64,000 bases of DNA from a virus, in IMG/VR virus record IMGVR_UViG_3300033402_000312; one strand, given 5' to 3'. Position numbers and translations under genes: made by a program. This document shows positions 1 through 8,515 of this stretch, piece after piece; position 1 is the stretch's first letter; every line of letters starts with the position of its first letter. The notes beneath the pieces were generated by a model. It saw nothing but the letters and a program-made list of their open reading frames with translations. It searched no databases and was not told the DNA's origin.

Positions 1-244
1 GCTCTTCGAGGAAGCGCTCGGACGGGCGCACGTCCATGGGGTAGCGCTGGAGGAAAACTTGGAGGTCTAGGCAGTTTTCGGGGGTCGCCCTGAGGCGGTG
101 CTTCCTGCCGTAGTCGGCGGAGTCGATCCTGGGGAACCAGCGCTTCAGGCGAATACTGACATGTGGTTCAGTTTCGATTTCCCAAGCCTTGATCGCCTTG
201 TAATAGGTGCAGGTGCCGTATAGCTTGCGTTGGGCGGGTTCCAC
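1..244 (-). CDS. hypothetical protein; the gene runs off the window start, so only the N-terminal ~81 aa are visible
   Basis: Minus-strand frame not in the ORF track. It is open from a GTG near 244 down to position 1 (VEPAQRKLYGTCTYYKAIKAWEIETEPHVSIRLKRWFPRIDSADYGRKHRLRATPENCLDLQVFLQRYPMDVRPSERFLEE...). There is an in-frame stop just upstream at ~251-253. It has the same orientation as the neighbouring genes. Confidence 0.3.
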   Translation of the reverse strand, partial: MEPAQRKLYGTCTYYKAIKAWEIETEPHVSIRLKRWFPRIDSADYGRKHRLRATPENCLDLQVFLQRYPMDVRPSERFLEE

Positions 245-486
245 CCTATGTCAATACTCAATCGAAAAGGAAACGGAAAGCGGATGCAACAAGCGGTTCA
301 GCGATCTTGAGCGCAGCCCAGCAGGTGAATGCCGTGGCGATGTCGCAGAAGATCGCCCATCCCCAGCTTTCGCTGACAGCGAAAATGACCCCGCCGTCGA
401 AAGCCCCCGCCATCATATAGACATACTTGGCATGTCGGGCGGGTATGATCTCCCAAAAGAGGATGTCGTATACTTTCATGCGGATT

Positions 487-879
487 TCAGCGAACCCTTG
501 GCGGTTCTGGCAGCGCGGCAAATGCCTTGTCCATCGCCTCTTGCACTCCCGCGAAGCTGTTGGCGTAGCGAAGATGCCTTGACGCCCTGAGCCATTCCGA
601 ATAGTAGTGCCTCAATGCCACAAGGTACGCCCTCCGCTCCGCACGCGGGAGCTTCTTCGCCCATGCTTCCAAAAAGTCCATCTTATCCGCTTCATGGGCG
701 AGTTCCACTTCGTTGCTGGGCGCGATGAAATGGCCCTCGTTGTCGTAATGCCCATACTGCCTGAGGGAAATAGCTAGCTTGCGCTCAGCCGCCCAAGCGA
801 ACCCGGCGCGTTCCGCCTTGCGCTTGCTCATCTTTTCCCGCAATCGAGAGAACAGGCTCAAGGCATCGCCTCCATGCAT
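487..879 (-). CDS. hypothetical protein (130 aa)
   Basis: ATG-initiated minus-strand ORF in the operon orientation with protein-like composition. No recognisable motif. Confidence 0.4.
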   Translation of the reverse strand: MHGGDALSLFSRLREKMSKRKAERAGFAWAAERKLAISLRQYGHYDNEGHFIAPSNEVELAHEADKMDFLEAWAKKLPRAERRAYLVALRHYYSEWLRASRHLRYANSFAGVQEAMDKAFAALPEPPRVR

Positions 880-913
880 TAGATGCCCACAAACGGCAGC
901 AGGACGCAGGCTT

Positions 914-1282
914 TCATAAAAAACTGTTCAAATATACCACGTAAAGCGGCTTCCCGAGAATCTCGCCGGGGAGGTTGCGATGCTTCGACCGCGTGGTGAT
1001 CAGGATGATCGCCTTTACGTCATCGCATTTCGCGTATCTCCACAGTTGGCGCGTCACCGCCGAGAGGCCCGCGCCGCCGCGAGAGTCGTTCGTCTTGCAC
1101 TCGATGCCGATGCCGCCCGCGAGGAAGAAGTCCACGCGGTCGCGCCCGCTCAGCGGGTACTCCGGCGCGAAGGGCAGCTTCAGGGCTTCGAGGCACTGGG
1201 CGACGCCCGCCTGAAGCTCCTTCTCGTCCTTGCAGCGGAAGCGGTAGAGCGCCAGCGCACCGGCGAGTTCCTCGGCGGTCAT
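914..1282 (-). CDS. small PD-(D/E)xK-like nuclease-fold protein (122 aa)
   Basis: Segment DRVDFFLAGGIGIECK has the D...E-x-K arrangement typical of restriction-endonuclease-like folds. The ATG at 1282 overlaps the upstream gene's stop (ATGA), which suggests translational coupling. Confidence 0.45.
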   Translation of the reverse strand: MTAEELAGALALYRFRCKDEKELQAGVAQCLEALKLPFAPEYPLSGRDRVDFFLAGGIGIECKTNDSRGGAGLSAVTRQLWRYAKCDDVKAIILITTRSKHRNLPGEILGKPLYVVYLNSFL

Positions 1283-1569
1283 TGCCCACACTCGCGCAAT
1301 TTAAGTTTGTTGGAAATTGGGCAGATAGCGGAGTACATGCGGCGTACAACCCAACAATTTTCCGTTATTTGGAACGTGAGTTTGCAAATCCAGCACTGCG
1401 CAGTATCGCCCAGCATGCCGGGCACAGCGAACTCCCACTCCTTGAGGATGACAATCTCCTCCGCGCCGCAGGAGGGGCATATCAGGTCTTCCGCCCATCT
1501 CCCCTCGGCGATGCCTTCAGGATAACGTGTGTAGAAGGCATACGGTTGATGTTTCGCGCTGTGTTCCAT
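1279..1569 (-). CDS. small zinc-ribbon protein (96 aa)
   Basis: CPSCG...CWIC four-cysteine arrangement. The start at M36 of the listed ORF is preceded by TGGAG. The longer starts at 1602 and 1674 lack an SD, and 1674 would overlap the upstream gene. Confidence 0.4.
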   Translation of the reverse strand: MEHSAKHQPYAFYTRYPEGIAEGRWAEDLICPSCGAEEIVILKEWEFAVPGMLGDTAQCWICKLTFQITENCWVVRRMYSAICPISNKLKLRECGQ

Positions 1570-1606
1570 GCAACTCCAATACTGCGGAACACAAAGTCGC
1601 ATTGTA

Positions 1607-1837
1607 TCAGTACGTGACCACGACGCTCGGGAGCGGCAGCGGCATGCCCGTTGTGGACGGCTGCGTGTAGTCAAACCAGGCAGGCTCGCCGATCCAGACC
1701 GGCTGCGGGTACGGCGGGTATGGCGGGTACGGGTAGCCCGGCTGGTACGGCACGAAGTAGGGATCGCCCCTTCCGCACGTCGGGCAGTAGCCGCAGCGGG
1801 GACAGGGCTTGGGTGAGCAGCAGCAATCAGCCTTCAT
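1607..1837 (-). CDS. Cys/Pro/Tyr-rich small protein (76 aa)
   Basis: ATG at 1837 preceded by GGAGGT. Sequence is CCCSPKPCPRCGYCPTCG followed by PYFVPYQPGYPYPPYPPYPQP repeats. Confidence 0.45.
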   Translation of the reverse strand: MKADCCCSPKPCPRCGYCPTCGRGDPYFVPYQPGYPYPPYPPYPQPVWIGEPAWFDYTQPSTTGMPLPLPSVVVTY

Positions 1838-2483
1838 GACCAACCTCCGCTGCTACAGGCCCCTCGACCTCAGCTTTGGCGTCCGCCTTCGGCTCGTCTT
1901 CCATCGCCCCGGTCGAGAGATCGACCGTGAATTCGGGCTGGCTGCCTGCGGTAGTAGTCGTGACAGCCTGCCAAGCAGGGCTGGAAGAACCGCTGCTGTT
2001 CAGCACGGCGCTGTTCAGCCCGCTGAGGTTGCTGGAGCAGTTCAGCGTCACCGCGCCGCTGTTGGCGTTCGACAGCATGGTATTGCCGGACGTAACCGTG
2101 TTGAGGCTCCCGCTGTTGAGGCTCCCGTAATAGACGGAAGTCTGCGGGGTCCCGAGGTTCACAGTCCACGTGTTGCCGTTCCAGTACCAGCCGTACGGGT
2201 TGTTGTACCATACCCATTGGGGGTAGGAATAGACGTAGCGCACGTTCTGGGGCGGCTCCGTGCCGTTTATGAGGGCTTTTAGCGAACGGTCGAGCATGTC
2301 GAGCCTCGCGACCTCCGCCAGAAGCTCCGTGTGGCTCTGCTGGGCTTTGGCGAGGGCTTTCTCGGCCCGCACCAACGCTGTTTTCTTGGCTGCAAGCTCC
2401 TTGGAGCAGACGGCGGCCAGCTTTCCGTACTTCGTAGACCGCTTTTTGGGGGTCTTCACTGCTTTTTGCTTCGGTTTTGCCAT
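1827..2483 (-). CDS. basic N-terminus / coiled-coil protein with Trp-Tyr-Asn-rich low-complexity C-terminal half (218 aa)
   Basis: ATG at 2483 preceded by GAGGTG. Basic N-terminus MAKPKQKAVKTPKKR, helical segment, then VRYVYSYPQWVWYNNPYGWYWNGNTW and an Asn/Ser/Gly-rich tail. Confidence 0.5.
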   Translation of the reverse strand: MAKPKQKAVKTPKKRSTKYGKLAAVCSKELAAKKTALVRAEKALAKAQQSHTELLAEVARLDMLDRSLKALINGTEPPQNVRYVYSYPQWVWYNNPYGWYWNGNTWTVNLGTPQTSVYYGSLNSGSLNTVTSGNTMLSNANSGAVTLNCSSNLSGLNSAVLNSSGSSSPAWQAVTTTTAGSQPEFTVDLSTGAMEDEPKADAKAEVEGPVAAEVGHEG

Positions 2484-2593
2484 GTGGCACCTCTGGAATT
2501 GCACCCGGCAGTCTGAAAACTGAATGAAACTGTCAAACTGACATGCGGTTTCAAAGGTCTAATACTTGAAAACCAGATATATTGAGAATTTAG

Positions 2594-3772
2594 CTATACG
2601 TTTGCTATAAAGTAGGCGAGCGTTATTTTCGCTGTTCCGTCGCCCTGAGAAACGGGCGGCGAGCCAGCAGGACCGCTCACAGATACAACATCCACTGTAA
2701 ATCCGGTACCCACTCCAGGCTGCGGACCGTCTGCGGTTGTGGGGTCATCTTCTAAACTATCCACTAATGTGGTCGTGCCATAGTAAGTTCCTGGGTTGGT
2801 GATTTCGTAGGTTAACACCGCCCCGCTGTCGTCCACCGTCAGGACTCGGTACGTTGCGTCCATGCTGCTGTTGTTTTGGCGTATTGTGCCGGTGTCCCCG
2901 ACGGCGTACGCAGTGCCCCCACGAGGTCCGTATATTCCCCCGAAAAACTGGCCCAAAATCGTGGAGACTATCGGGGCTTTTGTGTATGTCGTAGTGCTGT
3001 TGGCATATACGACTATCTGCTGGTTGTCAGCCTCGGTCTCGGGCAACCCCTGCACGCCCGACGGACCGCTGGTGACAGGAGGAAGGGCGCTAAACCCCAG
3101 AATGTCGGCCGTAGATGTTAGGGGACTCGAAAAAGACAAAAGATTTGCTCCGAAGCCCGCGTCGTACGGAAAGGAGCCTGCATAGCCGACGTAAAGGAGC
3201 GCGTTTGCGTACGGCGTCGTGTTGAACTTGTAGGAAAGCACGCTAAGCGCCAAGGGCACTATGAATCTTCCAACGCCGGGGACGGGGATGGGGAATGCCA
3301 CCGAGACTACGCTGAGGGAGTTCAACTGGGCCGCTGACAAATCCAATTCTACTGTGTGGATAAGGCTGGAAAGCGGCATGCCGGAACTCTGCACGTTACC
3401 GTCCCCATCCGTAGTGACTATGTTGCCGCCTTCGGCCGTTTTGATGCTGCCGCTCGAATCGGTTACGGCCACGAGCGAGCCGTTGGTGCTCGTTCCCAAT
3501 ACCGTAATTGAACCCGAAGAGGTGACTATACCTGTCGCAATGCCCGCGCCTGAGACTGAAGCTACTGTTCCGCTAGCGGGACTTGCCCAGCCGAGGAATA
3601 CGTTGTTCCCGTTGATCACGGCGGCGTCGAGAAGCTGCCCCTGGATCGGCGCTATGTTCGGGAGCAGGAACGTCAGGTTGCCCCCGATGCCCTGCGCCTG
3701 GATCGTTGCCTGCCCGGCGACCGACCCCGAGAACGTGAGCGTACTGACTACCGGGTTGCCTGCGTCCGCCAT
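2594..3772 (-). CDS. tail fiber-like virion protein (392 aa)
   Basis: Gly/Ser/Thr/Val/Asn-rich beta-type composition typical of phage fibers (GSITVLGTSTNGSLVAVTDSSGSIKTAEGGNIVTTDGDGNV). Adjacent to a second fiber-like gene. Confidence 0.55.
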   Translation of the reverse strand: MADAGNPVVSTLTFSGSVAGQATIQAQGIGGNLTFLLPNIAPIQGQLLDAAVINGNNVFLGWASPASGTVASVSGAGIATGIVTSSGSITVLGTSTNGSLVAVTDSSGSIKTAEGGNIVTTDGDGNVQSSGMPLSSLIHTVELDLSAAQLNSLSVVSVAFPIPVPGVGRFIVPLALSVLSYKFNTTPYANALLYVGYAGSFPYDAGFGANLLSFSSPLTSTADILGFSALPPVTSGPSGVQGLPETEADNQQIVVYANSTTTYTKAPIVSTILGQFFGGIYGPRGGTAYAVGDTGTIRQNNSSMDATYRVLTVDDSGAVLTYEITNPGTYYGTTTLVDSLEDDPTTADGPQPGVGTGFTVDVVSVSGPAGSPPVSQGDGTAKITLAYFIANV

Positions 3773-3784
3773 ACCGCCCCGGCC

Positions 3785-4318
3785 CTACAGATTCCTGACG
3801 TACACGTACACGAGGTTGCTGCTCGCCTGGAATTGGACTTGCCCGTTCGCCTGCGTGAACACGGATGACGGAAGGACTAGGAACTCAACCGACTGCTGCG
3901 TCGAGTCGAAAACCGGGAGCGGATAGCTGACGACATTCGCTGTGCGGCCCGTGCAGGAGTCGGGTGCCGATGTGATGCTGAGGGTGGACGAGGCGTACAG
4001 CGCCCAGAATGTTGGGCTTGTCCCTGGACTTTGGTTTAGGTTTGGGCTGGGGTTTGCAAGAGCGATGTAAGTGCCCGCAGGGGAGCCTCCATTTACGACT
4101 TGACCCTGTGTGTACGTCACCGTGGTGCTCCACGCCGCAGCCGACGACGCGGGGAGGCAGATGAACGTCACGAGGTCGCGGTTGGTCGCCGTGAAATAGT
4201 TGCCGTTCAGCGGATCGCATGCCACGTACTGTGCGTTGAGCAGGGGCGACGGTTGGGATACAGGCGCTGTCGGGAAGAGATCGATTGCCGGAGTATTTGG
4301 TATCGCTGTCAATGCCAT
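3785..4318 (-). CDS. tail fiber / virion structural protein (177 aa)
   Basis: ATG preceded by AGGGGA. Ser/Thr/Asn/Pro-rich composition. Immediately upstream of the 392-aa fiber-like gene. Confidence 0.45.
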   Translation of the reverse strand: MALTAIPNTPAIDLFPTAPVSQPSPLLNAQYVACDPLNGNYFTATNRDLVTFICLPASSAAAWSTTVTYTQGQVVNGGSPAGTYIALANPSPNLNQSPGTSPTFWALYASSTLSITSAPDSCTGRTANVVSYPLPVFDSTQQSVEFLVLPSSVFTQANGQVQFQASSNLVYVYVRNL

Positions 4319-4399
4319 AGTTTCCCCCTATTAAGAGAGGCGTAGCCGAAAAACGGCTTCGCTAATTGCCGGTTTTTAGGGGGTTTCTAAAGCGTCCTG

Positions 4400-5122
4400 T
4401 TAGTGCCGGTCGTAACGGACTAGCTCAAAGCGGCCATCGTGATGCTCGACAATGGCGGTTAGGGACACCCAATCGCCGCAATTGAAATAGCCTTTGTCTT
4501 CGTGGAGCGCCGCAGTATGGATGTGCCCGCAGATGACGCCGTCCGCATCCGCGCTCTTGGCAAGCTCAAGCAGGGACTCCTCGAAATCCCCTATGTAGGC
4601 GACAGCTTCCTTGACCTGCTTTTTGATGACTGCTGAGAATGAGAGAAACTTCATGCCGAACAGCTTGCGAAGCCAATTTACTGAGGTATTGAAGGCGACG
4701 AGCCAGTCGTAAAGGACTGATCCGACCTTGGCGAGCCATTTGGCGTGCCCCATCACCGGGTCGAAGATGTCGCCGTGGATGACGAGGAGCTTGCGACCAA
4801 GCAGCCCCGTGAAGACGCGCTTGTCCACGATCTCGATGTTGCCGATCTCGAAGCCCTCGAACAGGCGAAGCTCCGGGTCGTGGTTGCCCGGCAGGATCAC
4901 GAACTTGGAGCCTTTGCGGGCTTTGCGGAGAATCTTCTGGACGACCGTGCTCGCCTCAACAGGCCAAGAATGCGAGCGCCTGACCTCCCACAGGCCGAGG
5001 AAATCGCCGACGATGTACCAGGTGTCGGCTTCGTTGTCGCGCAGGAAGTTGAGCAGGGCCGAATAGTTGCATGCCCCGCCGAGATGCAGGTCGCTGATGA
5101 AGATGGTTCGGTAGTGCGCCAT
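4400..5122 (-). CDS. calcineurin-like metallophosphoesterase, LpxH (UDP-2,3-diacylglucosamine pyrophosphatase) family-like
   Basis: N-terminus MAHYRTIFISDLHLGG...WYIVGDFLGLW...ILPGNHDPE...VIHGDIFD...ICGHIHTA reproduces the ordered metal-binding motifs of LpxH-type phosphoesterases (DxH, GD, GNHD, GH, GHxH). Confidence 0.7.
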   Translation of the reverse strand: MAHYRTIFISDLHLGGACNYSALLNFLRDNEADTWYIVGDFLGLWEVRRSHSWPVEASTVVQKILRKARKGSKFVILPGNHDPELRLFEGFEIGNIEIVDKRVFTGLLGRKLLVIHGDIFDPVMGHAKWLAKVGSVLYDWLVAFNTSVNWLRKLFGMKFLSFSAVIKKQVKEAVAYIGDFEESLLELAKSADADGVICGHIHTAALHEDKGYFNCGDWVSLTAIVEHHDGRFELVRYDRH

Positions 5123-5182
5123 TACCTATTAGATGGAAATCTGTGTTACGGGAGTGTTAATTTACCGGAGCTTGCAGTCGAG

Positions 5183-5977
5183 TCATGTCAACTTCTCATA
5201 GTTTTGGATGAACGACCCGATCAGCGCAGGGATCACGGGCGTGCAGGCATTGCCTAGCGCTTTAAGTCGGTATGACCAATCGGGAATCCCATAAACTGCT
5301 CTAACGCCTCGGGCGTAGGCATCAGATTCTGGTTCTTCTGGATCACCGCTCGAACGAGCATTTCCTGCGCCCAGTTCATACTCCCAGTAATGCCAGTCTT
5401 GGCACGCTTGCGCCATCTTCCTTTCGAGTTCTGGTGAAAGCGTCCATCCTCTGGCCACGTCTTCTCCAAGGCATTTAATGCCGTGGGGGTCGTGATGCGC
5501 GAGGATGAAAACGCGTTCCCGTTGGAATGGCGCACCGAAAGCTTCAGCACCCACCACGGACGACCAGCAGGAGTAGCCTGCTCCTTCCAAGTCAGAGACG
5601 ACCCGGTCAGCGCCTTTAGTCTTGAGATTAGGAACGTTCTCAACAAGGACCCAACGAGGCTGTAGTTCCCGGACGACTCTTGCGTACTCGAACCAGAGAC
5701 CGGAGCGGTTGTGGAGTCCTCGCTCTTTGCCCCCGGCTGCAACGCTGAGGTCTTGGCAGGGAAAGCCGCCGCTGATGAGACCGACTGGCTGGAGGTTGTG
5801 CTTGCCGACGTCTCTGACGTCGGAGAATCTTGAGACATTAGGCCACCTAGCCTCTAATACTCGGTTGCAGAAATTGTCAATTTCCACCTGCCAGATGGTC
5901 TCAAAATTAGCCCACGAGAGTCCCAGGTCGATTCCGCCTATTCCAGTGAACAAACTGCCGTGGGTCAGACTCCCCAT
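5183..5977 (-). CDS. dcm: DNA (cytosine-5)-methyltransferase
   Basis: Motif I LFTGIGGIDLG (FxGxGG), motif IV GGFPCQDLSVAG (PCQ), motif VI ENVPNL (ENV), and QRERVF (QxRxR), all in canonical order. Confidence 0.9.
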   Translation of the reverse strand: MGSLTHGSLFTGIGGIDLGLSWANFETIWQVEIDNFCNRVLEARWPNVSRFSDVRDVGKHNLQPVGLISGGFPCQDLSVAAGGKERGLHNRSGLWFEYARVVRELQPRWVLVENVPNLKTKGADRVVSDLEGAGYSCWSSVVGAEAFGAPFQRERVFILAHHDPHGIKCLGEDVARGWTLSPELERKMAQACQDWHYWEYELGAGNARSSGDPEEPESDAYARGVRAVYGIPDWSYRLKALGNACTPVIPALIGSFIQNYEKLT

Positions 5978-5990
5978 GGAGCCTAATACT

Positions 5991-6027
5991 GCAAAAGAAA
6001 GGGGCTGCCCTGTTACAGGACAGCCCC
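5991..6027 (-). terminator. intrinsic terminator after the Mrr_N-like gene (coordinates approximate)
   Basis: On the minus strand, a near-perfect 11-12 bp GC-rich hairpin GGGGCTGTCCTG-taa-CAGGGCAGCCCC is followed by TTTCTTTTGC. Confidence 0.55.
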
Positions 6028-6057
6028 AACTTTCCTCTATGTATTGTCTGGTTCAGC

Positions 6058-6318
6058 TTAGCGGGCGTAGCTGGTCAAGCCCCACGTGCCGTCGTTTTGA
6101 CGGGCAATTACGCCTTGTGTAGCTAGGGCGTATTGATCACGGCGAAGCTGATGCTGCCACGCGAACTGAGACGGACGGGATGCATCGCGGCGTCGGCTGC
6201 GGGTGAGCATCAATTTCCGGGTGCGGGCGAGGTTATAAAGCTCTTCCGTCGTGTAGTGCCCACGGTTGAGGGTGCGAACGATGAACGATTGGAAGTTTGT
6301 ATCTGCTGATCGAGCCAT
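6058..6318 (-). CDS. stand-alone winged-helix protein resembling the N-terminal domain of Mrr-type modification-dependent restriction enzymes (86 aa)
   Basis: HYTTEELYNLARTRKL...FAWQHQLRRDQYALATQGVIARQNDGTWGLT matches the Mrr_N layout (helix, conserved W, G-hydrophobic-x-R, G-x-W-x-L-T wing). ATG preceded by AGGAGA. Confidence 0.45.
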   Translation of the reverse strand: MARSADTNFQSFIVRTLNRGHYTTEELYNLARTRKLMLTRSRRRDASRPSQFAWQHQLRRDQYALATQGVIARQNDGTWGLTSYAR

Positions 6319-6390
6319 GCGATCTCCTATTGCAGCATTTGCTGCTAAGAAATAATACCGCTAATCTCGGGTTTTAAGGCTTTCGGGCCA

Positions 6391-6600
6391 TTAAAAAAAG
6401 GAATCCGGGACAAGTCCCCACACTTTCAAGAGCGCCTCGGGTATGTAACGCGTATTTTTGTGCACGACCGCCCACGCCCGAAGCTCCCTCGACTGGATGT
6501 ACTGGTCGGGAGTCAGCCCAAGCTCATTGGCTTTAAGCTCGAAAGCGCAGACAGCCGATTGGTCTTTTTTCCGGTTGGGGTTTCCGACGCATCTTGGCAT
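6391..6600 (-). CDS. hypothetical protein (70 aa from the internal ATG; 98 aa if the GTG at 6687 is used)
   Basis: ATG at 6600 preceded by AAGGGGGA. Conserved-looking core LRAWAVVHKNTRYIPEALLKVWGL. Confidence 0.4.
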   Translation of the reverse strand: MPRCVGNPNRKKDQSAVCAFELKANELGLTPDQYIQSRELRAWAVVHKNTRYIPEALLKVWGLVPDSFF

Positions 6601-6719
6601 GCGAATTCCCCCTTTGGCTTGATGAGAAGCTCGGTCTTTGCTCCCCCTTGGGAATGGCTCGGCATGCGCACGGGGTATATGTCGCACTTCGAGTACAAGC
6701 TTCTGATGAACGGGCGGTC

Positions 6720-6748
6720 ATTATAGGACAGCATCCAGCCGTTGTCCA
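6720..6748 (-). promoter_or_regulatory. sigma-70-like promoter (TGGACA-N17-TATAAT) reading into the 6391-6600/6687 gene (coordinates approximate)
   Basis: On the minus strand, TGGACA, a 17-nt spacer, and a perfect TATAAT, located in the intergenic gap after the stop of 6772..8139. Confidence 0.45.
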
Positions 6749-6771
6749 TGCCCACGGCATCCTTACCCTAC

Positions 6772-8139
6772 TCATCCTGCCGAAGCAGCACGTTTCTTGT
6801 ATGGCTTCCTTTGCTTGGGAGCATGCTGCTTCTTGAGGAAGAACTCGGCAAGCTGCTTGAGGCGCATGCGGCAACGGGCGAACTCCTGTTCGGTGACGCC
6901 CATGTACTCTGCCGCCTCCCCCATCGATCCGCACGACTCCAGCGCTTCTATCGCAGGGTAGATGCTCGGGTCTTCCCTGCGCACGTATTGCTTGAACTCG
7001 CTTGTGTACAGGCGGTCGTCATGCTGCTTCTGCATGCGCAACGACTGCGTTGCCAGCAGCGGCGAGTTGGCGTGGATGAACTCGTCGCTGCTGGACGTCG
7101 GGTCCGCCTCGTCCAAGGATACGCCGAAAGCAATGTTTCCGGGGCGGCATATCGGATTCTTCTGGCGCTTGCTCTGCATGGTGTTGAACTTGTTTGCAAG
7201 GCAGAAATTGATATAGTTGCGGAAGCGGCATTCGGACGCCCCGTACTGCTGGTACGGATTGAACGTTTCGACCACATCCGCGCATCCCAGCAATCGTCCG
7301 TTCGCGCCGGGCATCCTGTGCTTGGATGCCTGCGGGAGCCATTTCATGTGGATCAGTAAATCCTGCGTCCAATCCTCAACGTCTTCGTCTACCACGAAAC
7401 GGTTGAGGCGCTTCTGCACCCACCTGAGCACGTACTTCGGGAAGCGGTCATAAAACTCGTCAAAGTTCCTTGGAACCACGAAGCCGTCCATGCCCACATA
7501 ATGCCCGTCCGCGTTGACTGTGAACGGGTCGCCCGTGTAGTCGAAATCGATCTCATCTTCGGCTGCCTCGCCTGCCACAGAAATAGGTTCCGGCGCGGTT
7601 AGCAGGGGTGCGGGGGTTTCCGCAACGGGCTGCGGGACGGGTTGCGGGGCAGGTTGGGCAACGATCTTAGGCTCAGAAAACTTCGCCTTTTCCAAGGCTG
7701 CGACTTGGCGCATTTTCTGCTGGCGTTGCGCAAGCTCCATTGCCGCTGGGTCAATCGCAACAGCCCACCCGTTTGCGGCTACCCACCCGGTGATCGTCCC
7801 AATAATCGGGCGTCCCCACGGAGCCTTGCCTTGCAAAGACTTCTTGCCATCCCATGCAATCACAGGAGCGCCGGTGAGGTCGGCACTGTCAGCGACCACG
7901 ACATAGCTCGGAATGACTGCTTTTTTCCATGGCCGGAGGTTTTTGTAAACGGTTTTTTCCGGCTCCACGGACGGCTGCGGTCTGCGGGGCCCCGTAAGGT
8001 TGTAGGCAAAAGAAATGAGCGCGGCATGCTCAGAATAAGACAAGTCCAAGTACACGAACCGCAAAGTGACGTTTTTATCGGGATTTTGAAGCGCGTAAAT
8101 TGGTACCGACTTGCCACTACTGGCCTTCTTTGTTGGCAT
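6772..8139 (-). CDS. sigma-70 family (ECF-like) protein with long N-terminal extension (455 aa)
   Basis: Region-2-like FYDRFPKYVLRWVQKRLNRFVVDEDVEDWTQDLLIHM (AED...Q-type). Region-4-like HTH at the C-terminus: SMGEAAEYMGVTEQEFARCRMRLKQL. ATG at 8139 preceded by GGAGAG. Confidence 0.5.
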   Translation of the reverse strand: MPTKKASSGKSVPIYALQNPDKNVTLRFVYLDLSYSEHAALISFAYNLTGPRRPQPSVEPEKTVYKNLRPWKKAVIPSYVVVADSADLTGAPVIAWDGKKSLQGKAPWGRPIIGTITGWVAANGWAVAIDPAAMELAQRQQKMRQVAALEKAKFSEPKIVAQPAPQPVPQPVAETPAPLLTAPEPISVAGEAAEDEIDFDYTGDPFTVNADGHYVGMDGFVVPRNFDEFYDRFPKYVLRWVQKRLNRFVVDEDVEDWTQDLLIHMKWLPQASKHRMPGANGRLLGCADVVETFNPYQQYGASECRFRNYINFCLANKFNTMQSKRQKNPICRPGNIAFGVSLDEADPTSSSDEFIHANSPLLATQSLRMQKQHDDRLYTSEFKQYVRREDPSIYPAIEALESCGSMGEAAEYMGVTEQEFARCRMRLKQLAEFFLKKQHAPKQRKPYKKRAASAG

Positions 8140-8204
8140 AGCTCTCCGTGTACACACTCACCGCGCCGGGAGTCGGTGCCTACGCGGCTGCATGAAAATG
8201 AATT

Positions 8205-8405
8205 TTACTTCAATCCAAATGTGGGCGGAAAGTTTTCCCCGAGAAGAGCTTCTTCCTCCTCGATGCGCTTTTTCAAGTCTATCATCATGGGACACTTTTC
8301 GCCGAGGCCACAGGTCGGGTCTTGGACGTGGCTGGCATAGATGTCTTTCATGAGTTCGACTGCGCGGGATCTTTGGCGCTCGGATTGGATGATGTTTTTG
8401 GCCAT
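8205..8405 (-). CDS. hypothetical small protein (66 aa)
   Basis: Short minus-strand ORF in the operon orientation. Internal ATG preceded by a GGAG-containing stretch. No motif. Confidence 0.3.
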   Translation of the reverse strand: MAKNIIQSERQRSRAVELMKDIYASHVQDPTCGLGEKCPMMIDLKKRIEEEEALLGENFPPTFGLK

Positions 8406-8515
8406 CACTCCATGCCTCTTGAGCACTTTACCGCAGATGCGTGGGGAATGTCAACGGGCCGCAGGAGACTTCTTTTCAAGGCCTCGGTGTTAAGCACTCG
8501 ATGGTCTTGGAGTCT

